Source: Eledone cirrhosa (lineage: Eukaryota). Taken from it: a stretch of 64,000 nucleotides of DNA. Both the position numbers and the translations under genes were made by a program. Where the stretch lies: assembly GCA_964016885.1 (NCBI GenBank), contig OZ024753.1, positions 16,864,001-16,928,000 on the forward strand, read 5' to 3'. The notes beneath the pieces are model-generated. The model had not been told where the DNA came from. It searched no databases and saw only the letters and a list, made by a program, of their open reading frames with translations. Numbering within the stretch: position 1 is the stretch's first letter; each line of letters begins with the position of its first letter. Positions 52,523 through 64,000 of the stretch are shown piece after piece.

Positions 52523-54552
52523 TATACACAATATACAGTGTATATATTGTCTATAACTGTTATATATACACGATATACAGTGTATATATTGTCTATAGCT
52601 GTGTTATATATACACAATATACAGTGTATATATTGTCTATAGCTGTGTTATATATACACAATATACAGTGTATATATTGTCTATAGCTCTGATATACGCA
52701 CAATATACTGTGTATATATTGTCTATAGCTGTGTTATATATACACAATATACAGTGTATATATTGTCTATAGCTGTGATATACGCACAATATACTGTGTA
52801 TATATTGTCTACAGCTGTGTTATATGTACACAATATACAGTGTATATATTGTCTATAGCTGTGTTATATACACACAATATACTGTGTATATATTGTCTAC
52901 AGCTGTGTTATATATACACAATATACAGTGTATATAATGTCTATAGCTGTCATATATACACAATATACTGTATATATTGTCTACAGCTGTGTTATATATA
53001 CACAATATACTGTGTATATATTGTCTATAGCTGTGTTATATATACACAATATACTGTGTATATATTGTCTATAGCTGTGTTATATATACACAATATACAG
53101 TGTATATATTGTCTATAGCTGTGTTATATATACACAATATACTGTGTATATATTGTCTTTAGCTGTTATATATACACAATAGACAGTGTATATATTGTCT
53201 TTAGCTGTTATATATACACAATAGACAGTGTATATATTGTCTTTAGCTGTGTTATATATACACAATATACAGTGTATATATTGTCTACAGCTGTGTTATA
53301 TATACACATTATACAGTGTATATATTGTCTATAGCTGTTATATATACACAATATCCAGTGTATATATTGTCTATAGTTGTTATGTATACACAATGTACTG
53401 TGTATATATTGTCTATAGCTGTTATATACACACAATATACTGTATATATTATCTATAGCTGTTATATATACACCATATACTGTATATATTGTCTACAGCT
53501 GTGTTATATATACACAATATACAGTGTATATATAGACAATATATACACATATATACACACAATATACTGTATATATTGTCTATAGCTGTTATATATACAC
53601 CATATACTGTATATATTGTCTACAGCTGTGTTATATATACACAATATACAGTGTATATATTGTCTATAACTGTGTTATATATACACAATATACTGTGTAT
53701 ATATTGTCTATAGCTGTCATATATACACAATATACAGTGTATATATTGTCTATAGCTGTGTTATATATACACAATATACTGTATATATTGTCTATAGCTG
53801 TGTTATATACACATTATACAGTGTATATATTGTCTACATCTGTGTTATATATACACAATATACTGTGTGTATATATTGTCTATAGCTGTGTTATATATTG
53901 TGTTATATATTGTATACACAATATACTGTGTTATATATACGCAATATACAGTGTATATATTGTCTATAGCTGTCATATATACACAATATACAGTGTATAT
54001 ATTGTCTATAGCTGTGTTATATATACACAATATACTGTGTATATATTATCTATAGCTGTCATATATACACAATATACAGTGTATATATTGTCTATAGCTG
54101 TGTTATATATACACAATATACTGTGTATATATTGTCTATAGCTGTGTTATATATACACAATATACTGTGTATATATTGTCTATAGCTGTTATATATACAC
54201 CATATAAAGTGTATATATTGTCTATAGCTGTTATATATACACCATATACAGTGTATATATTGTCTATAGCTGTGTTATATATACACAATATACTGTGTAT
54301 ATATTGTCTATAGCTATGTTATATATATACAATATACTGTGTTTATATTGTCTTTAGCTGTGTTATATATACACAATATACTGTGTATATATTGTCTATA
54401 GCTGTGTTATATATACACAATATACTGTGTATATATTGTCTATAGCTGTGTTATATATACACAATATACTGTGTATATATTGTCTATAGCTATGTTATAT
54501 ATACACAATATACTGTGTATATATTGTCTTTAGCCCTGTCATGTATACACAA

Positions 54553-54642
54553 TTAACTTTGCCTTTCACCTTATGGGGTCGATACAATAAAGTACCAGTA
54601 ATGCACTGGGATAATTGCTGGCCTTGTGCCACAAGTAGACAC
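54553..54642 (+). mobile_element. Meta-like SINE 3' part
   Basis: tttgcctttcacc...ggggtcgata.aataaagtaccag. Confidence 0.7.
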
Positions 54643-54644
54643 AA

Positions 54645-54950
54645 ATATTAATGATTTGAAAAGCAAGATCTGCTTCCTCATTGGCCTGACCGTATCGTCT
54701 GTCAGAAATGTGTCAGCAAAAGTGTCTGAGACTCTTGCTAAATATAAAGATCTAGTAATTGAGATAAACAGAATATGGCACCTGAAAACACAAACTGTTC
54801 TGGTAGTGATAGGAGCTGTAGGTGTCATAAAGAAAGGTGTTCATAAGTTTCTAGAAAAATATACCTGGTGAACCTAATAACATCTATGAAATCCAAAAGA
54901 TAGTTCTGACAATACCACCTACATACTTCGTACCTTTTGTCTTTAACACA
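54645..54950 (+). mobile_element. R4/Dong-like restriction-like endonuclease C-terminal fragment
   Basis: KICFLI...KYKDLVIEINRIW...VVIGAVG, followed after a frameshift by EIQKIVL. Confidence 0.7.
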
Positions 54951-54991
54951 CAATCTTTCTGTTTAATTTTTAAAGTAAATTTAATTGATAT

Positions 54992-55375
54992 TTAACCGTT
55001 TACCATTTACATTACTCTATATTTACTATTATATTTTCATAGTAAAAGCTTTATCTCACATGATTTTCTCACATAATATCTCGCATACCATTTACATTAC
55101 TCTATATTTACTATTATATTTTCATAGTAAAAGCTTTATCTCACATGATTTTCTCACATAATATCTCGCATACCATTTACATTACTCTATATTTACTATT
55201 ATATTTTCATGGTAAAAGCTTTATCTCACATAATATCGAATCTGGAATTTTAATATTATTTATTTTGAGAACAATACCTTAACATCAGTATGAGCGGCTG
55301 ATTACAGCCGGTTTGAAAAGGAAGCGGTGAGAGAATTCTGGCCGGATATGGCCGGTTTAAATGTTAAAGGTTTAA
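54992..55375. mobile_element. TTAA-flanked (piggyBac/Kolobok-type) MITE with an internal ~86-bp tandem amplification
   Basis: ttaa|ccgtttaccattta ... taaatgttaaaggt|ttaa; taccatttacattactc occurs three times. Confidence 0.7.
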
Positions 55376-55882
55376 TACCATTTAAATATTCTTAATAGAA
55401 AATGAATTCATATATTTTATACTCCTAAATACTTCGTTTTATCTACATCTACATTTTTATATAATTTTCTGAATTATATATTTTTTACTTATCAACTTTT
55501 GTAAAATGACCTGTTAAGTGAATGTCAGGACGGAACTACACGCACACGCGCACGCACGCACGCTAGAGAGAGATACTAGCAGTGGTACGCGGGCCGCCAA
55601 TAGAAATAATCGTGGAAAAACTGCATGCCTGGATAATATGTAAAGAAAATAAACCGAATACTCTGATGGTTGAATAATCTTTAAGATTTTCCTCGATGAA
55701 GCAGGAAAAATGCAGGTTTTCACCTAATGCGGGCCCTAGGGGATCAAAAAGTTGAATTTTTATGTACATAACACTCCCTGAAACATAAGTAATACACTTG
55801 TAAAGTTTGAAAAAAATCGGTTGGGTACTTCTCGAGTTTTAGGGATTCAAACTCAAACTCAGACTCTTTCTCTCTCTCTCGC

Positions 55883-55934
<52 letters not shown>

Positions 55935-56359
55935 ACATCCATCCTCAGTTGTATATATATAGATAGTTTTAACCATATATATATATATATAGCATTTATG
56001 TTGTGTGGTTTACCAGTGGGTAGAACTGGTCATTCGGGTTAGTAAACCATGATGTAATAGTACGTACGTCATATAGGAGGGTGGGCTAAAAAAATGTCAT
56101 AGACGAACTATGCAAGAGTTATGCTAGAGCTGTGAAATCTTCCATGCATTAATTTAACTTTATCTTCCGGTGATTTAGTTTGAGATTAAGTGGGGGAGAT
56201 CTGGCCAGCTGGAGCCCAAATATGCCTTCCTCTAGAAAAAGGAGTGATGCCAAATATTTGATTTGAAAGAAATGAGGGGGCGGCGAAGAGGGTTTTATTT
56301 TGTAAAACAGATTAAACTGGAGTGACTAATTGATGGACTCTTCAGCATACCTACACTTC

Positions 56360-56517
56360 ACACAGGTGTATAGAGACACACACAGGTATAGAGAGAGACA
56401 CACACACATGTATATAGACACACAGGTATACACACACACACGTATATAGACACACAGGTATAGACTCATACACACACACACACACACACACACATGTAAA
56501 TAAACACACAGGTATAG

Positions 56518-56604
<87 letters not shown>

Positions 56605-56617
56605 CATGCATTCAATT

Positions 56618-56648
<31 letters not shown>

Positions 56649-56703
56649 CACATACATACGAACTCATGGATATATACACAATATACACACACACATACAC
56701 ATA

Positions 56704-56747
<44 letters not shown>

Positions 56748-57171
56748 TGCATCTGCACATAACTCCACACATAGATTCATACATACATACAAACACACAC
56801 AGAACTATACACATATGTTTCCAAGATTAAAAAAAGGTAGATACACACACGCATAGAAACATACACACACACACGCATAGAAACACACACACACACATAG
56901 AAACACACACACACGCACGCATAGAAACACGCACACATAGAAACACACACACACGCACGCATAGAAAAACACACACACATAGAAACACGCACACACATAG
57001 AATCACACACGCATAGAAACACACTCTCGGTCACATAAACACACACCCACACACAGAGCTTTACACAAACTTTTACTCGCCCACATATAAACATACAAAT
57101 ACAGACAAGCACAGACGTGCACACAGAAATACACACACACACACGTGCACACAGAAATACACATACACACA

Positions 57172-57238
<67 letters not shown>

Positions 57239-57361
57239 ACACACACACACACTTGCACACACTTGCACACAGAAATACACATACACACACGTGCATACAC
57301 ACACACACACACACACACACTTTTACATAGACACATGCCTACACATAAACATACAAATATA

Positions 57362-57420
<59 letters not shown>
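56360..57420. repeat. Degenerate (CA)n-rich microsatellite block
   Basis: Directly visible. Confidence 0.9.
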
Positions 57421-57421
<1 letters not shown>

Positions 57422-57507
57422 AGGTGTTGACAGGAAGCCCTCCTATATAACGGAAGTGACTAGAATTAACGGCCATGTTTCTTGAAACATTCTGAACCCA
57501 ATGAAAG

Positions 57508-58400
57508 GTGTGTGTGTATGGGTGTGTATTTGTGTGTATGTGTATGTATTTGTGTATGTTTGTATATATGTGTGTGTATGTGTGTGTGTGTGTGTGTATG
57601 TGTGTGTGTGTGTGTGTATGTGTATTTGTGTGTATGTGTGTGTATTTGTGTGTGTATGCCCGTGTTTCTATGTGTATATATATATGTGTGTGTGTGTGTA
57701 TGCCCGTGTTTGTATGTGTGTATGCCCGTGTGTGCATGTGTGTGTGTATATTTGTATGCCCTCGTGTGTGTGTGTGTTCGCATGTATGTGTGTCCTTGCT
57801 GGAACATGCATGTGTGTGTGCATGTGTGTATGTATTTGTATGCCCACGTGTGTGTATATGTTAGTGTGTGTCCTTGTGAGCATGTATGTGTGTGGATGGG
57901 TGTATGTATATTTGTATGCCCGCTTGTGTGTATGCGCGCGTATGTGTATGTGTGATTATGTATGTGTATCCTTGTGTGTGTGTGTGTTACTCGGTGTGAG
58001 CATATATATGCGTATATGTGTGTCTTAGTGTGTACATTTGTGTGTGGTTGTGTGTTTGTGTATGTTCACGTGTGTGTATGTATTTCTGTGTGTGTACGTG
58101 TGCATGTATGTATGTGTCACTGTGCATGTATATATGTATATGTGCGTGTCAGCGTATGTGTGTATTTGTTGTTTATGTATGCGTATGTGTGCACAGTTGT
58201 GTGTTTGTGTATGTGTGTATATATGTGTGTCAGTGTGTGCATCTATGCGTATGTATTTGCAGATGCATATTTGAGGATGTGTGTGTGCATGTTCGAATAT
58301 GTGTGTGTTTTTGTATGCATGTGTGCTTGAATGTGTTTGCGTATATGTGTGTATGTATATATGTCTTTATGTATGTAATTATGAATGTGATTATGCACTA
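57508..58400. repeat. Degenerate (TG)n-rich microsatellite block
   Basis: Directly visible. Confidence 0.9.
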
Positions 58401-58934
58401 TGTCTAACTTATCCACTTGTCGAATTGTGCGCTTTCGTGAGGCTCGTAGTCTTTTCCCCGTGTCTCTGAAGATGGCCATCAACACGATTTAGTCCTCAGT
58501 TGATCTCACTTGTTTAGAAGAAATCAAAATGAACTGTAGCCCCGTTGATAGGTGGTGAACTGACACAGTTATTAGAACATCAGATAGAATGAGTTCAAAT
58601 CCTGCTGAGGTCAACCTTTTGATTCATCCAGTCCAGTACTGGGGTAGATTCTTCCTCTATATCTCTTTCTCCCCTCTTTTCTATCACTCTCTTTATCCTT
58701 TTCTGGTAAAAATCTGCTCTATTCAGACCTGGAATTGGGCTCTGCCAGCATTAACGAATGCCCCAGAAACACTGTACCTTAATACGGCGCGCCTACGAAG
58801 CCCTGAGGAGTCACGAGGCCATGTATGGCATGCATACAGCTTCATTTAGTAAGCTCTTTGTTTGAAGCAATACATTTGTACGGAATTACCGTGATTGTCG
58901 CTAACAATATTGGTCATTAACTCCCTTATATATA

Positions 58935-59422
58935 CCAGCAGAAAAACCACCCTTCGTGTGATTTTCTGCTAGCATGTTTTGTGTGTATATTGATATTATA
59001 CGCTAGTATATATATACATGTAGATATGATACATCAAATAAAATCGTAATTGACAATATACACAGAAATTGAACGAAGACTGTGTTACACTGTCTTATGT
59101 AATCAGTAACGTAATCCAGGATACATTAAAAAAGACGATATTATATATAAACTGCATTAGGAGAAAATTAGTGACGAAAATACATGAATGTTTATTTAAG
59201 CGATCGCTAACCGGAAGTGTTGACATTTGAAAATTTTAAAGAAGTGAATCTTAAAATAAGCAACAATATTATTTATATTTAATAAAGAATATCGAAATTT
59301 ATTTAATAAATTATGTAATATTCATTCATTATTTATTCAAAGTAATCCAACTTATTTTACAAACGGATAAAAAAATATATTCTAGACGCAGTCCCGCACT
59401 CCTAACTTTATTATAGTTAAGA
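58935..59422 (-). mobile_element. Non-autonomous Helitron-like element, copy 2 (~488 bp, both ends present)
   Basis: Minus strand reads A|TCTTAACTATAATAAAG ... hairpin ... CTGG|T, i.e. TC...CTRR between A and T with no TSD. Confidence 0.8.
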
Positions 59423-59947
59423 TTCCGGGGTAAAGAGGGACTGTTTTCGTAGTTTAGAAGATTCTAGAACTAATCTGTGAATGACGTTAAGATGGCCGAT
59501 GAATGTGTGTTATGGTTGTCAGACCGAACGACGTACTTAGTTCTCGAGTCTGGTACATATTATATTTACAGGCTCAAATGTAAACACACACACACACACA
59601 CACAGAGCCATACACACACAGACACGGACGGGCGGGCGGGCGGACGCGCGTCGCAGGTACGCACGCTGATTCATACACGGCGTATTACGGTACCTTAGAT
59701 TTCAATGCAGAGGTAAGGCAGTATCTGTTGACTCTACATGACGGTTCAGAATACACGAGGCTGAACTGCAATCCTGAGACATATTCTACAGGCGTATATG
59801 TATATATCTACATAGATATATCTATATATTCCACTCACAAGGTATTAGTCAGCCCGAGTTACGGCCCTGAACACAGAAACATCAAGTTTCAAAGTGAACT
59901 CCTTAACTACTCAGCCACACATGTATCTATAATTTATTTCTTTGAAT

Positions 59948-60137
59948 AATTGTTTCTACTTTTGGCACAAGGCCAGCAATTATCCTAGTGCATTACTGGT
60001 ACTTTATTTTATCGACCCCGTAAGGATGAGAGGCAAAGTTAACCTTGGCGGGATTTGAACTCAGAATGGAAAGGGCCATAACTCTATGCGTCAAAGCATG
60101 GCGTCCGACCCTCTACTGATACTGCCAATCCACCACC
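59948..60137 (-). mobile_element. Meta-like SINE, near full length
   Basis: Same family as 25190-25372. Confidence 0.85.
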
Positions 60138-60220
60138 ATACATAAATAATAATTAATTATATCAAACTTAAGGTGGCGATATATATATATATATAACATT
60201 ACAACGAAAGGAAACAATAG

Positions 60221-60263
60221 TACCACTGATGACGTCATAGATGTGTGACGAAAGAACTCTGAT

Positions 60264-60264
<1 letters not shown>
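60221..60264 (+). ncRNA. Degenerate minimal hammerhead motif (related copy at ~32722-32770)
   Basis: TACCA-CTGATGA-cGTCA...TGAC-GAAA-GAAC-TC-TGATA; stems I and III each have a mismatch. Confidence 0.5.
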
Positions 60265-60306
<42 letters not shown>

Positions 60307-60309
60307 TAA

Positions 60310-60722
60310 CGATGAAAAGATGTAATCTCGTATCTTGCATCACCGCTAGAAAAAATATCCCATGATCCACATGACAGGTGCAATGTGTCCAAACACGGAA
60401 GAGCCGAACTTCCACCGTCATCGCCCTCATCTCTCTCGTCCTCTCCATCTCTCTGTATTGTGAGCAAATGGGTCCCACGTACTGGCCGCCTCACAGTCCC
60501 GGCGTTTCCCCGGAGGATGGTAAGGGAGATGCGCTGGAAGAGCCATTCCATTCCAGCGCCTATGGTGGTGAGTAGGGAGGTAGCCCTAGGGCCAAGGACA
60601 CCAGAAGTCTCCACTGCCAAGAGCACGACCGCAAACCTGTCGGAGATCGACCGGTACTTGGAGAGTTTGCCCTCCTCAGCCCGAAGTGCTGATGACGCAG
60701 TGTTCCTGAAACTCCATAGTAA
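60310..60722 (-). mobile_element. CRE-like non-LTR retrotransposon 3' fragment (RLE C-terminus)
   Basis: AEEGKLSKY...LAVETSGVLGPRA...LFQRISLTILRGNA motif. Confidence 0.75.
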
Positions 60723-60750
60723 CAAGACACTATTTAACCACAATAAATGA

Positions 60751-60811
<61 letters not shown>

Positions 60812-60914
60812 TGTGTGTATATAAGAATATATATATAGGGGTATATATATGTATATATGTATATGTATTTATATATATATATATATATATATATAAAAAG
60901 GAACGATCGACTTT

Positions 60915-61115
60915 CGTCAAATCGGACCGAGGAAACAATGTTTCCGTTGGTCTTTCCAGTTGCTAATACTATCTATCGGTCGCAACTCCAGGTAGAAGGA
61001 GCAACGTGAAATAAAGTGCCTTGCTCAAGGACATAACGCATCGCCCGGTCCAGGTATCGAACTCACAACCTCAAGATTGTGAATCCAATTCTCTAACCAC
61101 TCAGCCACACGCCTT
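60915..61115 (-). mobile_element. CORE-like SINE
   Basis: Reverse complement has tggctgagtggttag, gagttcgatacc and ccttgagcaaggcactttatttcac. Confidence 0.8.
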
Positions 61116-61257
61116 CACATATATATATATATATAGGGGTATATATGTATGTATATATATGTGTGTATATATATATATATATACATACACACACATACAC
61201 ACACATACATACTTATGCATGTATAATCCTGCCGTCATTCTCATGCGTTACCACCTG

Positions 61258-61300
<43 letters not shown>

Positions 61301-61588
61301 AACAAAATGAAAACGAAATTTCATTTCTCACTCTTAGTATGGCACTTACTTAAATGTAAGTATGCATGTATACGTACATACACATATGTATACAGACGTA
61401 CAGTAGCATGCACATATATATATACATATATATATACATATGCATACAGGTACACATACATATATGCACGTATCAGTTTAGCGGCGCTAACGTCGCTTTG
61501 TTCGTTTGTAAACAAACTGAACAGCCTGAATTTATGCCATACGGTGTTAAGGCAACCACGTCACCTTTTTGTTCAACACTGACACAGG

Positions 61589-61633
61589 AACGATGTACTA
61601 GTTTCAAGCTTGTTAGCTATCATCAGCACCGTT
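61589..61633 (-). ncRNA. Minimal type I hammerhead ribozyme, unit 1
   Basis: Reverse complement: AACGGTG-CTGATGA-tAGCTaacaAGCTt-GAAA-CTAG-TA-CATCGTT. Confidence 0.85.
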
Positions 61634-62054
61634 TACCCATCTGCCAGATAGTTGAACGTTCGAAAGTATATACTTTACTTATGAAAATTAACGGCTGAGC
61701 AGCCTAATTTGCATATTGAGTGAGTTAAATCGGTCAGGCATACCGAAAACGATAAATTGAAACAAAATGAAAACGAAATTTCATTTCTCACTCTTAGTAT
61801 GGCACTTACTTAAATGTAAGTATGCATGTATACGTACATACATATATGTATACAGACGTACAGTAGCATGCACATATATATATATATATACATATATATA
61901 TACATATGCATACAGGTACACATACATATATGCACGTATCAGTTTAGCGGCGCTAACGTCGCTTTGTTCGTTTGTAAACAAACTGAACAGCCTGAATTTA
62001 TGCCATACGGTGTTAAGGCAACCACGTCACCTTTTTGTTCAACACTGACACAGG

Positions 62055-62099
62055 AACGATGTACTAGTTTCAAGCTTGTTAGCTATCATCAGCACCGTT
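62055..62099 (-). ncRNA. Minimal type I hammerhead ribozyme, unit 2
   Basis: Identical to unit 1. Confidence 0.85.
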
Positions 62100-62515
62100 T
62101 ACCCATCTGCCAGATAGTTGAACGTTCGAAAGTATATACTATCCTTAATGAAAATTAACGGCTGAGCAGCCTAATTTGCATATTGAGTGAGTTAAATCGG
62201 TCAGGCATACCGAAAACGATAAATTGAAACAAAATGAAAACGAAATTTCATTTCTCACTCTTAGTATGGCACTTACTTAAATGTAAGTATGCATGTATAC
62301 GTACATACACATATGTATACAGACGTACAGTAGCATGCACATATATATATACATATATATATACATATGCATACAGGTACACATACATATATGCACGTAT
62401 CAGTTTAGCGGCGCTAACGTCGCTTTGTTCGTTTGTAAACAAACTGAACAGCCTGAATTTATGCCATACGGTGTTAAGGCAACCACGTCACCTTTTTGTT
62501 CAACACTGACACAGG

Positions 62516-62560
62516 AACGATGTACTAGTTTCAAGCTTGTTAGCTATCATCAGCACCGTT
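62516..62560 (-). ncRNA. Minimal type I hammerhead ribozyme, unit 3
   Basis: Identical to unit 1. Confidence 0.85.
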
Positions 62561-62930
62561 TACCCATCTGCCAGATAGTTGAACGTTCGAAAGTATATAC
62601 TTTACTTATGAAAATTAACGGCTGAGCAGCCTAATTTGCATATTGAGTGAGTTAAATCGGTCAGGCATACCGAAAACGATAAATTGAAACAAAATGAAAA
62701 CGAAATTTCATTTCTCACAATAACCTCCCCCAAAAGACAGGAAAAAGTGAACAATGATAAAACGAAAGGGACGAACCCTTTACAAATGTCAAGGTGGGTG
62801 TCTTTACATCAATATTACCGTCATACTTCACTGGTTTCCTTAGTTGGGGAGGATGCGGTTATTATTGTAATCTCTCTAAGCCGCTTTCTTTGATGTGATA
62901 TTTCTGGGCTTTTTAAAAAGTATTATGGCG

Positions 62931-64000
62931 AGTAACATGTAGTGTCTTGTATGTAGCATGGTTAGTATTATAGTAACATGTAGTGTCTTGTATGTAGCAT
63001 GGTTAAGAAGTCCCCTAGTATTATAGTAACATGTAGTGTCTTGTATGTAGCATGGTTAAGAAGTCCCCTAGTATTATAGTAACATGTAGTGTCTTGTATG
63101 TAGCATGGTTAAGAAGTCCCCTAGTATTATAGTAACATGTAGTGTCTTGTATGTAGCATAGTTAGTATTATAGTAACATGTAGTGTCTAGGACTTATCAT
63201 GGTTAAGACATCCCCTAGTATTATAGTAACATGTAGTGTCTAGGACTTATCATGGTTAAGACATCCCCTAGTATTATAGTAACATGTAGTGTCTAGGACT
63301 TATCATGGTTAAGACATCCCCTAGTATTATAGTAACACGTAGTGTCTAGGACTTATCATGGTTAAGACATCCCCTAGTATTATAGTAACATGTAGTGTCT
63401 AGGACTTATCATGGTTAAGACATCCCCTAGTATTATAGTAACATGTAGTGTCTAGGACTTATCATGGTTAAGACATCCCCTAGTATTATAGTAACATGTA
63501 GTGTCTAGGATGTAGCATGGTTAAGACATCCCCTAGTATTATAGTAACATGTGGTGTCTAGAACAGAGCATAGTTAAGAAGTCCCTAGTATTATAGTAAC
63601 ATGTGGTGTCTAGAACAGAGCATAGTTAAGAAGTCCCCTAGTATTATAGTAACATGTGGTCTCTAGGATGTAGCATGGTTAAGAAGTCTCCTAGTATTAT
63701 AGTAACATGTAGTGTCTAGGACTTATCATGGTTAAGACATCCCCTAGTATTATAGTAACATGTGGTGTCTAGGATGTAGCATGGTTAAAAAGTCCCCTAG
63801 TATTATAGTAACATGTGGTGTCTAGAACAGAGCATAGTTAAGAAGTCCCCTAGTATTATAGTAACATGTGGTGTCTAGAACAGAGCATAGTTAAGAAGTC
63901 CCTAGTATTATAGTAACATGTGGTGTCTAGAACAGAGCATAGTTAAGAAGTCCCCTAGTATTATAGTAACATGTGGTGTCTAGAACAGAGCATAGTTAAG
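62931..64000. repeat. 52-53-bp minisatellite, ~20 copies, running off the window end
   Basis: Unit tagtattatagtaacatgtagtgtctaggacttatcatggttaagacatcccc, with blocks of variants. Confidence 0.95.

Larger units (their letters stand above)
41601..54552. repeat. ~13-kb AT-rich satellite with 42/44-bp units, interrupted by three LINE inserts
   Basis: Unit tatattgtctatagctgt(gt)tatatatacacaatatacagtgta. Confidence 0.97.
61298..62718 (-). mobile_element. Tandem array of three ~460-bp non-coding units plus a 34-bp partial unit, one hammerhead per unit (retrozyme-like or tandem pLTR)
   Basis: Unit starts at 61298, 61758, 62225 and 62685 (460/467/460 bp); units nearly identical; array abuts (TA)n. 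Confidence 0.85.

Noticed and set aside
29991-55375. Giant element bounded by inverted repeats at ~30.0 kb and ~55.3 kb
   Set aside because: The right copy is itself a complete TTAA-flanked MITE and the two copies are quite diverged, so they are better explained as independent insertions.
41601-58400. Numerous Tyr/Ile/Cys/Val/His/Thr-rich ORFs (also at 3.1-6.6 kb and 26.7-27.3 kb)
   Set aside because: They are translations of satellite and microsatellite DNA.
61700-61720. Octamer ATTTGCAT in each 460-bp unit suggesting a tandem snRNA gene
   Set aside because: No recognisable snRNA body or Sm site; the hammerhead explains the unit better. The octamer could still contribute to transcription but a single 8-mer is weak evidence.

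Overview
This is repeat-dense, AT-rich animal non-coding DNA with no supportable host exon. The repeat repertoire (tRNA-derived Meta-type and CORE-type SINEs, RTE LINEs, abundant TA/CA microsatellites) suggests an octopod cephalopod, but that is inference. Main contents: (1) a 5'-truncated Penelope-like element (RT + GIY-YIG, Naiad-like) between ~758-bp inverted arms that each carry a hammerhead ribozyme (HHR) motif; (2) fragments of RTE, CR1/L2, R2-like, R4/Dong-like and CRE-like retrotransposons; (3) two copies of a non-autonomous Helitron and several MITEs; (4) large satellites (60 bp x ~113, ~44 bp over ~13 kb, and 35, 53 and 74 bp arrays). The most interesting signal is ribozyme-related. 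A ~460-bp non-coding tandem repeat at 61.3-62.7 kb carries one minimal type I HHR per unit, resembling a retrozyme. At least three unrelated short families inserted in (TA)n are palindromes that fold back inside HHR stem II. Most long ORFs in the track are artefacts of tandem repeats. Coordinates were read by eye and boundaries are approximate.
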